A stretch of DNA of 63,482 bases, counting the filler, from Rhabdomonas costata (Eukaryota): assembly GCA_019059605.1 (NCBI GenBank). It is 49 parts of 49 records of this genome, joined end to end, with 100 filler letters (N's around TTAATTAATTAA, not from the genome) between each part and the next. Parts side by side here need not be neighbours in the genome. Positions count along the whole stretch, not along the records: positions 11,668 to 12,864 come from JAHMHO010023961.1; positions 12,965 to 14,162 come from JAHMHO010023962.1; positions 14,263 to 15,460 come from JAHMHO010023963.1; positions 15,561 to 16,759 come from JAHMHO010023964.1; positions 16,860 to 18,057 come from JAHMHO010023965.1; positions 18,158 to 19,355 come from JAHMHO010023966.1; positions 19,456 to 20,653 come from JAHMHO010023967.1; positions 20,754 to 21,951 come from JAHMHO010023968.1; 41 more parts are not named here. One strand, given 5' to 3'. Shown in pieces: positions 11,668 through 23,649 of this stretch. Numbering within the stretch: position 1 is the stretch's first letter; the number at the start of each line of letters is the position of its first letter. The position numbers and the translations under genes were made by a program. The notes beneath the pieces were generated by a model. That model had not been told where the DNA came from and searched no databases. It saw nothing but the letters and a program-made list of their open reading frames with translations.

Positions 11668-12864
11668 TCTTGGACGACCCGGCCATTGCCCGCTGATGGA
11701 AAAATAATGGAGGTCAACTGAGCGTAAGTCAAAGGAGTGAGGTTGAGAAAACAGCCACGATCCAGCGCACAGGGTGTTTACCGAACGAAAAAAAGGCAAT
11801 GCGATATTTTTTACCTCAAAGTAACACAGGAGTGAAGTTAGATTGAGCTTGAGGCGGCGCAGTCTCGCACAGTCTCCTGCATATGTTAGTGCCAGCACAC
11901 GCATTTATTAGATGGCACCTGGACTTGCGCTCCTTCAGATGTGCTGCGCGGAGGTGGTTCGGGAGGTCACTGTGCCGCACTGTGTCGACGTTCCGGTGAC
12001 GGTCTGCCAGGACGTCCCTGTGCCCGTACCCGTGGACCGCCCCGTTCCCGTCCCCGTCCCCGAAGTCCGCCAAAGGGTCGTAAATTCTTACGCACTCTGT
12101 CAGTCACGTAATTACTCTCAAGCTTCTTTTTGTTTTGGGAAGAAGCGGGGGGGGGTCTGCAGTCTGCACCGGAGCCGCCTCTCGGTTTTTCTGGGCCTTA
12201 AAATGGCTTCAGGATGCAGGTTGCAGGGTGGTCCTCGTTAGCTTGTTTCTTCACCACCCAGAGCTCGCTCTTTCACCCGTATGGACAGGACTCTGCTCTC
12301 GTTGGGTGAGTGGGTGGGCGCACACAGTCCTGCACCCTTCCTTCAGGTTGTAGACGTCCCTGTACCGTACCCTGTGACGAGGCATGTGGAGCGCACCGTG
12401 CCCCGCCCCGTGGACGTGTGCGTGGAGGAGCCCGTGCCCGTGCCTTACCCCGTGGAGCAGGTCCCCATCGCTGCGTGCTAGTGTCCATATTGGTGTCCAT
12501 TGTGGCCAAATAAACGTCTGTGTGTACCTGCAACCGCAGGCCTGCAGTGTCGACCGGTGCCTATCCGATAACCGCACAGCTTCAAATAGCGCTTGCAGCG
12601 GGCTTGAACCACATCACACACACCTCCTCTACGCGTGGCATAGTTCGCTGAGCCAGCGATATATCCTAATACAACTGATATAAAGCACTGCATGGAGGCA
12701 GCTTCTGCAAAGCTCACGTCACAAGTTTACCATGCAGTCTTGGACGACCCGGCCATTGCCCGCTGATGGAAAAATAATGGAGGTCAACTGAGCGTAAGTC
12801 AAAGGAGTGAGGTTGAGAAAACAGCCACGATCCAGCGCACAGGGTGTTTACCAAACGAAAAAAA
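11668..12864. repeat. 127-bp direct repeat at both contig ends (11668-11794 and 12738-12864), period 1,070 bp
   Basis: Identical except for one substitution (CCGAACG vs CCAAACG). Confidence 0.92.
11939..12460 (+). CDS. Articulin (euglenid pellicle/epiplasm protein); exons 11939-12064 and 12347-12460
   Basis: VPV-rich repeats VVREVTVPHCVDVPVTVCQDVPVPVPVDRPVPVPVPE and VVDVPVPYPVTRHVERTVPRPVDVCVEEPVPVPYPVEQ; both exons phase 0 (126 and 114 nt) with GT-AG borders. Confidence 0.88.
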
Positions 12865-13166
12865 NNNNNNNNNNNNNNNNNNNNNNNNNNNNNNNNNNNN
12901 NNNNNNNNTTAATTAATTAANNNNNNNNNNNNNNNNNNNNNNNNNNNNNNNNNNNNNNNNNNNNTTTTGTGGTGAGAAAAGATCCTCCCGGAACTGTCCC
13001 TGGATGAGAACTGATAGGGTTTTCATAAGTATTATTATTGGAGGCCAGGTGGTCACGCGCTGTGTTTGTGAAGTAGGGGGGGCCATCCTTCACTCTCACC
13101 TCATTTTTTTCTGCAGTGTGGTTTTCCATCGCAATTGATCTCCGCACAAAACGCATATCCTCTCAG

Positions 13167-14136
13167 GCTGGCCGCGATTGGCCTGCACTACCCCTCTGCG
13201 GAGTTTGCGTTTGATGTCCTGGTGCCTCTTCTGGCATGTGGCCGTACGTGCGTGGTGCGGAATGGGTTGTGGTTGTATTTGTGGGTATGTCATGTTTTCG
13301 GCTCATATGACATCGAGCACGTCGGGCGAAGAGGTAAGGCCACGGCTCGAGCTGAATCCCTCTTGAGATGTTGAGATGCATACATTTAGCTAAAAGGTTC
13401 CAGCACATAACGCTGTGGTTACAACAAAAATTATGAGCAAATACTCAGCGAATGCAGATTTGTTGGTATTAGAGAGAGAGCTATTCCTCTGTGAGAAATG
13501 AGGTAAGGAGCTTTTGCAGTGCAAAGGGAGTAGGACGTTCCCAGCCCTTTCAGCCCTTCAGTCGCATCAAAGAGGAATGGTTGGTGTGAGCGGCCGTACC
13601 CCCCCCCCCCACACACACACACCGACGGTGAAGCAATAGGTTCCCGTTGCTCTGTGAAGCGTCACGGCGTCCCATTTACAGCTCGATTCCAAAGCAAACT
13701 GGCTGACGCATTGCACTGAGGTAGGAGGCGCGGGGTGAAGGGGGGCATGGGAGGAACGGCTTTTTGTTGTTTTGTTTACCTAGTTATCCTCTGACGTTTA
13801 CCGATTCCAGTGGCCCATGACTTCCTCACTCTTCTACTGGGAAACCGCCCACCACGTTGTTCTAGGTTTTCTCCCCGTCCCCTGCCCTGCTTCGCTCAGG
13901 CCTGGGGGTACATGTTCTTCTTTATGCTGGGCTCGCAACACGTGGGGCCCTTCATCGTAATGATCGGGCACATCCTATTCCAGGACATGCCGCGGTTCTT
14001 CGCGATCTACCTAGTCCTGCTGGCTGGGTTTACGTTCAGCGTCAGCGTGGTGGTTCCCAACCAGCCTCCCGAGAACACCGCGCGGTGGCTGTTCGAGATG
14101 AGCATGGGCAACGGCGGCGGGGATACCCATGCCCAG
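13167..14136 (+). CDS. TRPV-like cation channel, S4-S5-pore region; exons ~13167-13233 and 13900-14136
   Basis: AWGYMFFFMLGSQHVGPFIVMIGHILFQDMPRFFAIYLVLLAGF matches the TRPV5/6-type 'GW...GPF..MI.....D..RF' S4-S5 linker. Confidence 0.8.
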
Positions 14137-14408
14137 GTCCTGTTGGAGAGGAAAGGGGCCGCNNNNNNNNNNNNNNNNNNNNNNNNNNNNNNNNNNNNNN
14201 NNNNNNTTAATTAATTAANNNNNNNNNNNNNNNNNNNNNNNNNNNNNNNNNNNNNNNNNNNNGTGGGGTTGGGAAGTTTATGACCGTTTAGCGGTTAAAA
14301 ATTAGATGCCCCTACCCCAACCCGAAAATATTACAAGAGGCCCGAGAAGAAAGGTGCATCTGTGAGTGCTGAAGAGAGGTGATGGTGGTGAGGGGATCAA
14401 GTCTCCAC

Positions 14409-14988
14409 CTGGCTGGCAGCACTCCGTGCTGTTGCACTGCTGTGGGATAGCACAGGTAATCTGTGGCTGCTTGGGTCTCCACACGTCGGTCAAAGGACAG
14501 CTCAGCGATTCTTGCTCCGCGCATGTGGTAGCATTCACTGCGCAACATAAGATGCCAATAACGACAATCCGTGGTGACCACGAAAGCGCAGCTGTATGAA
14601 AACCTGTAGTGTGGCATCAAAATTTGAAGGCACATGTTCGGCACAAATCTGTTCACCGACTCGCAGCCCACAAAATGGTCAAACACCACTGAGGCGTCGC
14701 TTTCACAAACTGAGCAGGGCATTCTACTACAAGAAGCGCCGGGGAATTCCTTCTAGTGTAGGTATACGCCACGCTGCAAAACATTCCTCCCCCCCCCCCC
14801 AAAAAAAAAGACCTGAACGAATGCATATGAAAGCTTGAAAGGGGTGGAAAGACGCAGAAATGGACCTGGCTTGCAGCATTCCTCCTGTTGGCACAACGCG
14901 GCAGCGCAGAAGACGGCACTCAGGTTAGGTTTGGGATCGGGCAGGCTGCCATTGCACTGCACGCTCGGCTGCTCTGCACACGTCGGCT
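14409..14988 (-). CDS. Cys-rich repeat (probably surface/secreted) protein; exons 14866-14988 and 14409-14537
   Basis: Two phase-1 symmetric exons (123 and 129 nt), each encoding TCAEQ..C...C....C...ECC(K/Q)PG. Confidence 0.75.
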
Positions 14989-16305
14989 CTGCAGTGCGAT
15001 TTGGTTTCATCACGCCGAAGTGCCTCGACAGAAGAGTAACTTCACGGAGCAAGAAAATACGAAAACAAAGCGCACTTCCCATCCCGACAGAAATGATGCA
15101 GCAAACGTGAATTCTCACACCACCTGCTCCCAGGTCGCCCAGACAACAGGCAGTCGAAAAGGCCACTGATGCCACTGATCACATGTCTCCTTGTCAATGG
15201 AAAATGTCTTCATCTCATTCTGTTGATGCTCTTTCAAACCTCCCCCGCAGTTCCGAAAAAATCGATGTTGGTTTTCCATTGGTTCATCTTCGCATTAATT
15301 ACTACATCAATGTTCTTGTATTCCCTGCACCCTGTCCCATAACCTTGGTGGATGGCTTTTGCTCTCAACGGTAATCTAGTTGCTTCACTTTTTTGCATGT
15401 TTCTTGTTATATACTTTCCACTATTTTTCAGCTTTCATTTCACCCAAACACACCCACCACNNNNNNNNNNNNNNNNNNNNNNNNNNNNNNNNNNNNNNNN
15501 NNNNTTAATTAATTAANNNNNNNNNNNNNNNNNNNNNNNNNNNNNNNNNNNNNNNNNNNNGTGGTTTTTTTCTTCAGTTTTTCAGGGGTCGACCTTGTGG
15601 TGGTCACCTCCATTGCTGACCGGTCAGAGTAGTCGGAGACTCTGGTACTCGTGATCTCTTTTGCTTGCTATGCTTTCGGTCCGAGTCTGACAGATCGCTG
15701 ACCCAGGTGCTGCACTCGTGTCTCTACTCATATTTGTTTGGCGGGACAACTTCCCTCTCGCTAGTCACTCCTCCTTTTCTTTTATAGTTGTGTGGCGATT
15801 GTGACTCTAGTTTCCCTCTCCCTCCTTTCATCGGAACTACTTTCGTGACGCAGTGTCTGATTGTGGTAGATTGTGTAGAGACATTGGCCTTCCTGGAGGA
15901 GAGGGGGTTGTACGTTAGAATTGTGCGAGGTTTCGTCCCATTGCATCCCAAATCTCTGTGGCCACTGGTTCACATTGTTGGGTAGGCTGATGGGTGCTTC
16001 TGTGGGATTTTCCTGCTTACCTTGGTGTCGACCTGTTCCGCGGGAAGCTCACTTTCTCCTGGTCATCTCTTCCGTCGTTTCGTGTGTTGTCCCCGCAGGT
16101 GGTGGGGAGGTGGGAAGCTGTTTGTTTTCTCGCATTGGGGATTTGCAGTTGTGGTGTGGTCGAGATGAGAACTGGGAGGAACTGGGAGGTCTGGAGCTGC
16201 TTCCTGGCGTGGTTTGGGGCCTCTGGGTGTGCTGTCGGCAACGACAGAGAAATATGCGGGGGTGTGGCTCGAGAGTCCCGCAGGTTTCATTCGGGAAAGC
16301 CCTTG

Positions 16306-16354
16306 ATGTGATGTAATGTGATGTGATGTGATGTGATGTGATGTGATGTGATGT
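16306..16354. repeat. (GATGT)n pentanucleotide microsatellite
   Basis: About 10 near-perfect copies seen directly. Confidence 0.9.
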
Positions 16355-19300
16355 AAATTCTTTGATGTAAATTCTTTCTTCTTCCCACCGCCACGACACC
16401 CACCGCCACCCCTTTCCTCACACCGGCGCCGGGTCTGCCAGGTCCGCCTTGTCAGTACACCCCTCCATTTTTTTTTGCTTTATCGCACCCCGTTTTCGTT
16501 TTCGTTGATTCTCCATTTGCCTCACGCGCACGCGCACCTTTTAGACCCTTTGCTTGCCCTGCGTACTGACTCACTCTGTCTTCCTTGACTCTTGCTTTGT
16601 CTGCACTAGGCTTCCCTCGCATCCCTTTGCCCTTTGCCGGGAGTCCGTTTTTATGTATCGGGTTATCGGGGTCGCGCCCCACCCCATCTCCCATCACCGC
16701 TCAATTTGCATAGTCTCAGGTGAGTCCCTTTCTGGGAATTCACTTTTTTCCAACAAAACNNNNNNNNNNNNNNNNNNNNNNNNNNNNNNNNNNNNNNNNN
16801 NNNTTAATTAATTAANNNNNNNNNNNNNNNNNNNNNNNNNNNNNNNNNNNNNNNNNNNNTTTGTGTGGACCAGTGCTGGACGTTTACTGTGTTATGGGGA
16901 AATCGCCAGACATTCCCGAAAGGGTTCTTGTTTTTTCTTCCGAAAGAGGACTGAACCACTCCGCAACCCGTCTTGATTCGTCAAACTCCCGACCGACTTG
17001 ACTGCTTTGCTTCTCGCGCCTTGCTTCACCTCGAAGGGCTTGACCGCCTTCCCTTCGACCCGAAACACTCGGAAATGGACTGAACCACCTTCACCCTAAC
17101 AACCGCGCTTGCGCGCGCACCTTGCGCTTCACACTTCTCCTGCGGACTCCGCCGCTTGCTGGGACTAATGGACTAATTGTTTGGTGGGGGTCTTCTGCTT
17201 CACCGCCTCACTTTGCCAAACACGGAGGGGGACTTGGGGTGAAATGGGCCGCCGGCGGGCCGCTTGCAATTCCAATGCTACTCTACCCCCAATTTTCCAC
17301 TAATCTCCTTCTTCTTAGGCTTTCAAAGAGAGCGGCGGCACAACGAACAATCCCACCCCACAACGTCCACAACTTGTTCCAAGATGCTCAAAACACACCA
17401 AATCCTTCTGCACTTCCGTGATAAAAGAAAAGGGGGCAACCTCTTGGATTCTTGGTGCTCGCTCCTTTTTCGTCGGTCGGGTTTTCCTTCATCGCTCTCA
17501 CTTCGCTCTTCTGCTTGATTCTGCTTGGTCTCCTTGCTTGTCGGCGGCCTTGTTCTTGAAGAGCTTCTTCTTCACGCTGGCCAGACTTTGTCCTACTTCG
17601 GTATCCTTCTGAAAACAAACTTGGATAAAACTCTCCGCTCAAACCTCGCTCAAAACTCGCACAATGGAATGCTCCGCCCCCTCCAAGCCACTTGATCTCA
17701 TGCGCTGCCTCCTCTTGGTCTGATCCGCTCTTAACGCCTTCCCTCGCTGCACGCTTGCTTGCTTGCGGCCTTCGCCCCCGCTATCTATAATTACTTTGCC
17801 TCTTTTTTCTCTTCTGGAATGCACCAACCTTCACGCCTTTTCTCTCGCCACACGTACGTGTATTCTCTCTCTGTTGGCCCACCGTGATCTAGGCCGTGTC
17901 ATCCGTGATGCTCACAAAAGAGTACCAGGACCTCTTTCCGGAAAAGAGCCACTCTGGCCACTATCCGCCCCACGGACCATTGCATCACTTTTCCCGAGAA
18001 GTATTACATTCCAGATAATGGCTTGCTCCTAATGATGATGGAAGACGTTCTTGACCANNNNNNNNNNNNNNNNNNNNNNNNNNNNNNNNNNNNNNNNNNN
18101 NTTAATTAATTAANNNNNNNNNNNNNNNNNNNNNNNNNNNNNNNNNNNNNNNNNNNNGAAGTCCAACAACTGCTCCCAAAAAAACTGTGTGAGGCGAGGG
18201 GCAAAACCATCGAGACCGACGAAATTCGAGGAAGGGATCGCCGCAGGCCTGCACTTGCCACAACTTTCGATGACCGTGAAGAACCACCAGACAACCAAAA
18301 CCAGCGCTATAGTAAAGCTTCATGTAACTAAAGCACAACATCATCATCACCGGAGGAGGGCGGCAACAATCAAACAGTATAAGGAGGAACGAAAAGATGG
18401 GAAGGGGAAACAAAACGGTTTGCACACGCATGTCGTAGGGCTATTGGGTGTGAATGGGTAAGGTGTCCGGGGTTTGGTATTTGTTGTTTCTCTCGTGGTC
18501 CCCGGTGGTCCCCGGTGTGATCCTCAGGTGCTGCATTCCTTTGTTGTCTCTTTTCCTCCTCGAGAGGTGTGAACCATCAGAACCCGCTCTCTAGATCCAT
18601 CCGTCCGCAGAAGCCGTTGAGAGCTGTGATGAGCAGTGGTTCGAACGAGCATGATCAGGTACGCCTGGCAACACGGGAACATACTGATGAGGCCACCAAC
18701 ACCTGGTGAGCAGAGGTCATACGGTGACCGGTGATGCAACGTCACTCAACGTCACTCCGTAGCGTAGCGAAGGGATCATGCGACCATCAAGACATCATTC
18801 TTCTCTTCCTCTACTCGGTCGGCCCTCACTCACGTTCGGACCTCCCTCTCTTACCCAACATGTAAGGAACAGGAGGAACACATTGAACGCAGTGAGTGTG
18901 ACGAGTGTGACCCAGTGAGCATACCACCGTCAGGTGGGGAGCGAACCATGCATCTTTCTTACTCTCTTCCAACATCATCCCTTCTTCTGAGTTCGGGTTG
19001 GAGGAGCGAGTGGAACCACCATAAGGGTGGTGGAACGAGTGACGACTGAATCGCCCACTCTCTCTCCCTGCGGGGCCTTTACGCTGAGGTGGCTCAGTCC
19101 TCAGCTTGGCTTCACCACACCACACATCACTGGGTGAGAGGGCGTTCCACTCCACCACTCGATGCATGGCCCCTATCACAGGATGCTGACATCATCCACC
19201 GTTGCCATCCACGTCAACATCAGCACACAGCACCACTTGACACACACATCTACACTATGACCAAGGGAACAGACCCATGGGTTGAAAGCTGCCATGCCCT

Positions 19301-19577
19301 GATGCCATCACCACCACCCTGGACCCACACTGCGGGATACACAGCGGTGTAGCCTNNNNNNNNNNNNNNNNNNNNNNNNNNNNNNNNNNNNNNNNNNNNT
19401 TAATTAATTAANNNNNNNNNNNNNNNNNNNNNNNNNNNNNNNNNNNNNNNNNNNNTATGGTAGTACTCCTGAGATGAATTGGTTGGCCGCTTCCCGGCCT
19501 CGGAGTCCTTCTCTACGCCGAGATGTGGCCCCATCAAGGTCCCATTTTTTGGCCATTTTAAGGGCGTTTTCGACTTG

Positions 19578-19860
19578 GAGCCACGCCAGAGGCCATTTAA
19601 GGGCCATTTTGGGTGTTTTTGAGCCCTTGCCTTTACACAGGCACAGGCCTGGAAGGCCCTTTTTGGACCTCTGCAGGCCTGCATACTCAGCCTAAGCTTT
19701 CGGCCGAGCCTGATTAGCATATCTAAGGGTAAAGCCCAGGAGTACTTCATGCTGGCACTGGAGTGGGCCGAAATGCTTCGGTTTAGAGCCACGCCAGAGG
19801 CCATTTTTGGGGGGGGTTGTTGGGCCCTTCCTGCCCGTTACACTGGCTTGGAAGGACCTT
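19578..19860. repeat. Diverged tandem duplication (~208-bp offset) within a probable dispersed repeat
   Basis: GAGCCACGCCAGAGGCCATTT occurs exactly at 19578 and 19786, and the downstream flanks are also similar. Confidence 0.7.
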
Positions 19861-20202
19861 TCGTTTTTGCACTGGCTTTCCATCGGGCTTGGGTTTTGAT
19901 AAGAGAAAGAACTGTACTCTGGCACACCGTCCGCCCATCTGCACGACGGTGTGCCAGCAACGGTGTTTCTGCAATTTTTATTGGCTTCCTTCCGGAATCA
20001 CTTCTCTTCCACGTATGCTTTGCTTTGAAACTTACTCATTTGCATTGTGCTGCGGAACACTGAGCAAGGTTCTCGTAATCATTCTGATCAGAATCTGGTA
20101 CTGCAACAAGCATCTGGAAACAAATAACACCACTGACGACTAACGGAGGGAGGGAGTCACAAGGCTGTAAGCCCATGCAGTCATTGAAAGGAAGCAGCCA
20201 AC

Positions 20203-20403
20203 CACAGAGGTGGACGCGGGCCCTTCCAGCGCATAGGACTCCACCTCCCCCAGCGGAGCCTGGGCCCATAGGAACTCGTCCCCAGCGCTGGAGTTCCACC
20301 CCCACTCGTCGTCCCACTGCACAAGCTGCCTGCTCTCCTCGTCGGTGAGGACGTTGTCCTTGCGAAACTGGAACTCACCCTTCGGGATGCGGTTCTGGTC
20401 CAA
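20203..20403 (-). CDS. Internal exon of an unknown protein
   Basis: 201-nt phase-0 exon LDQNRIPKGEFQFRKDNVLTDEESRQLVQWDDEWGW...; CAG/GT borders and GC-rich third codon positions. Confidence 0.65.
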
Positions 20404-22205
20404 CTGTGAAAGAAGTTCACGGCGACACACAGATTCCAGAGCGATTGTTATAGGGACAGAAAAAGATTCAAGAAATCTGAATGAAGAGTGGATAAGGATT
20501 TCAATTTTCGGTCATCCCAAAATACAAGTGGTCGATTTCGGCTCCCTGATCCACGGTCAAAGAAAAGACTGACAGATCAATTGCAACATCAATAATACTC
20601 TAACTTCATCGTCCTCCCCTCCCCACCCCACCTATTCCCTCTCACCAACAACANNNNNNNNNNNNNNNNNNNNNNNNNNNNNNNNNNNNNNNNNNNNTTA
20701 ATTAATTAANNNNNNNNNNNNNNNNNNNNNNNNNNNNNNNNNNNNNNNNNNNNGGTTTTTTTGTGCTTTTCTTCCTGCGTTTGGTTTCCTTTGGTACCGC
20801 TTTTTCCCCGCGGACCTTTTGGTCACTTGACCCTACCGCTTTTCATTTCCAAGCTTTTATGCACTCTTCTTCCTTCTCTCAATTCCCGTCTTTTTTCAAT
20901 CCAAAGAACCGTGGTTACAATGTGTGTGTGTTTTGGTTCCTTCTAACACTTTTGTTTTGGGAATGGGAAAGAGATGGAGTTTCACCTAATTTTCTACCGA
21001 ATCAGCAAAGGCCATGAGCCCAGTACAAGGTTCGGTAGACCGAGCCCTCTCACATGCTGCGCGGCATGATGGTTGGGCTGGTCTTGTTGCTTCGTCTAAG
21101 AGGTCATTTTTCCAAGGTCGCGTTAAATACGGGACCCACCGTTTGTACCACAACATGATGCTTCCTGCGGAATCTTCTTTTAATTTCGTCTTATTTCCCA
21201 ATTTTCCCCACACTTTCCCGCTATTAAGTATTGGCCTTACCTCTCTCTAGTCTGCTCTTCTCTAACCTTTCCATCTGTCGCTGCTTTTTAATTCCTGGAA
21301 AGGTGCACATGCGTCGCCAGGTTTGTTGCCTATTTGCTTTGATACGAGAATTCTCTTTTGACCCTGCGGCTCTCTAACGTAATTTTCTCTATTTGCTTCA
21401 TCCGAAGACCCATTCTTATCATCGCACCAAAATAAATCATCTCTGCTTTAGCTGAAATTGCGGCAACGGCGCCCTCAAAATGGCCAACTTAGACACTAAA
21501 ATAAGCCCTTTATCTGGTCGGATAATTTTTCCGAATTTTTGTATGGACGATCTCTCCTTCCCCGATATTCTCCATACACATGCTAACAAAAACGTGCCCC
21601 ATAAACCAAAACCAATGCGCTCTGACTCCCGTACGTGTTCTTGGCCGTGATGGGTTGAGCAGGAGGAGAAAAGCAATAATGTATAACACCGCAAAGTTGT
21701 CACACTCCAACTATGCTGCGGGAACTTTTACGTGGCTCCTACCTCTTTGGGTGGTCGTGCCTCTGGATTCCACTCCAGCTGGACTGTATCCCGACCTTGC
21801 TTGCACAAGGTGGGCGCTGCCTCGGCTTACCTAGGTGTATTGGCACCTAGAACGGGGCGGAGGTCTCTTCCGTTCGTCCGGGGTCGCTCTGGTGCTCTCT
21901 GCGGGCGTCGCCTTTCTGAAACGTGGGCGGGGGTGCCAACCACTTTTCGATNNNNNNNNNNNNNNNNNNNNNNNNNNNNNNNNNNNNNNNNNNNNTTAAT
22001 TAATTAANNNNNNNNNNNNNNNNNNNNNNNNNNNNNNNNNNNNNNNNNNNNGGTGGTTGGGGGACAACATAAGGTGCATCATGCAAACAAATATACAGAC
22101 TTGAAAAGAAAGTAGCGTCCAACCCTGCAGCATAATGAGACAGGTCGCAGGAAGACTTTGATGGCACATCGTCACACAGTCAGTCAATCACATGCACGCG
22201 CGCAC

Positions 22206-22510
22206 CGGAAGGTGGGGTAAAAGTTGGAGAAGAACAGCTCGTCCTGCAGCCTCACCGGGATGCTCAACTCCCGGGGGTCCACCAAAAAGAGGTTGATGCT
22301 CCACCGGTAGTGACCCCGGGAGTTGCAGAATGGCAGCCCGGAGTCCATCGCCGCCGCGCCAGGCTGCGGCCCGGCGCACAGGCACACGCTGTGGTCCCAT
22401 AACCCAAAGTGGTACGCCCGCAGGGTCTCCGCGAAGGATGGGCGCGGGCGCTTCCCCGGCGGTTGGGCGGTTGGGGCCGTAGTGGGAGAGGCGGATGGGA
22501 TGAAATAACC
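22206..22510 (-). CDS. Internal exon of an unknown protein
   Basis: GC-rich frame GYFIPSASP...YRWSINLFLVDPRELSIPVRLQDELFFSNFYPTF with CAG/GT borders. Confidence 0.6.
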
Positions 22511-23349
22511 CTGAGCCACCACTTTATTAGTTGCTATGTGTGTGGTGCTGCTCCTTGATGATTGCTGTCAATGTACGCTGTCGCAGTCGATTGTCAAACG
22601 CACACATGCCAGCGGGGCATGACTACAATCCAGAATTAAAAGCAAGCGTCAATAAGGGGTTCCCGCTCTCAGGGATGTGAGAGGGCTTGGGAAGCGACCA
22701 CGGATTGATGCTGCCTTCAGCCGTTTGTTGTTTCCTGCTGCTAATGTCGAGGTGGAGAAAGGGGTTTCGTGGCACAAGACGCAAAAAGGATAGTAGAGAA
22801 ACCTCTTCAGGATCAGGATAAGGAATTTTCCTGTTTTGGCCGGTCGCCTTTACCCGCGTATATCACCCTTAATCCCCCTACGAGACCCAGAACCTGCCTT
22901 GTGCCTCGGGACGGGAACATCTCCCCCACCTTCCCCAACTGCTTGAGGGGCCCTGCTCATGAATAAGATCACCATTCCCTCCCTCATCTCCACCACATGG
23001 TGTTGCGTCTTCCTCCAGAACAGAGAATAGGGTGCTGTTCCAAAAGTGTAAAGGTCACCCTGAAACCCAGCGACGCACATCGGCTGCCTCGATCGCGCAG
23101 GGGGTGGCCCAGATCTGCACAGCCCACCGCCTGCACGAATGGCAAGCGCGCGGTGAAGCCTGTGGCTGTCGATTTCCCACTACATGCGGCGATTTTGGCA
23201 CGAGGCCCACTTGCCAATGATGGATGTTATAACGCGGACCACCCCCACCNNNNNNNNNNNNNNNNNNNNNNNNNNNNNNNNNNNNNNNNNNNNTTAATTA
23301 ATTAANNNNNNNNNNNNNNNNNNNNNNNNNNNNNNNNNNNNNNNNNNNN

Positions 23350-23450
23350 GGGGCTTTTCTTTCGGATGGGTGAACGGGCAGCACCGGTATCTGCAGGCGT
23401 CGCCGTGCCAGCACATCACCGCCGAACGTTCCAAATCTGGTAACCTCCCT
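23350..23450 (-). CDS. CCCH zinc-finger fragment (C-x5-C-x4-C-x3-H, Nab2-like spacing)
   Basis: SAVMCWHGDACRYRCCPFTHPKEK running off the contig edge. Confidence 0.55.
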
Positions 23451-23550
23451 TCAGCCCCACGGGTCCCGGGCCATTGTCGCGCAGCTGCTCTTTTCCAGCG
23501 GCTGCCTGCATTGTTCCATTGCGGCTTAGGTCTCTGCGATTCCACGCTCC

Positions 23551-23552
<2 letters not shown>

Positions 23553-23597
<45 letters not shown>

Positions 23598-23649
23598 GTG
23601 TGTGTTGTGTGTGTGTGTGTGTTGTGTGTGTGCGTGCGCGCGCGCGCGC
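23553..23649. repeat. (GT)n/(GC)n compound microsatellite
   Basis: Long GT run ending in a GC run. Confidence 0.95.

Noticed and set aside
18683..18730. CTGATGAG hammerhead-ribozyme-like core (also on the minus strand near 40571-40578)
   Set aside because: No correctly placed stem II and GAAA, and no closing stems
16860..19355. Lys/Arg-rich broken frames suggesting decayed transposon genes (similar at 20754-21951 and 47300-49214)
   Set aside because: No diagnostic transposase, gag or RT motif could be identified, so no feature was called
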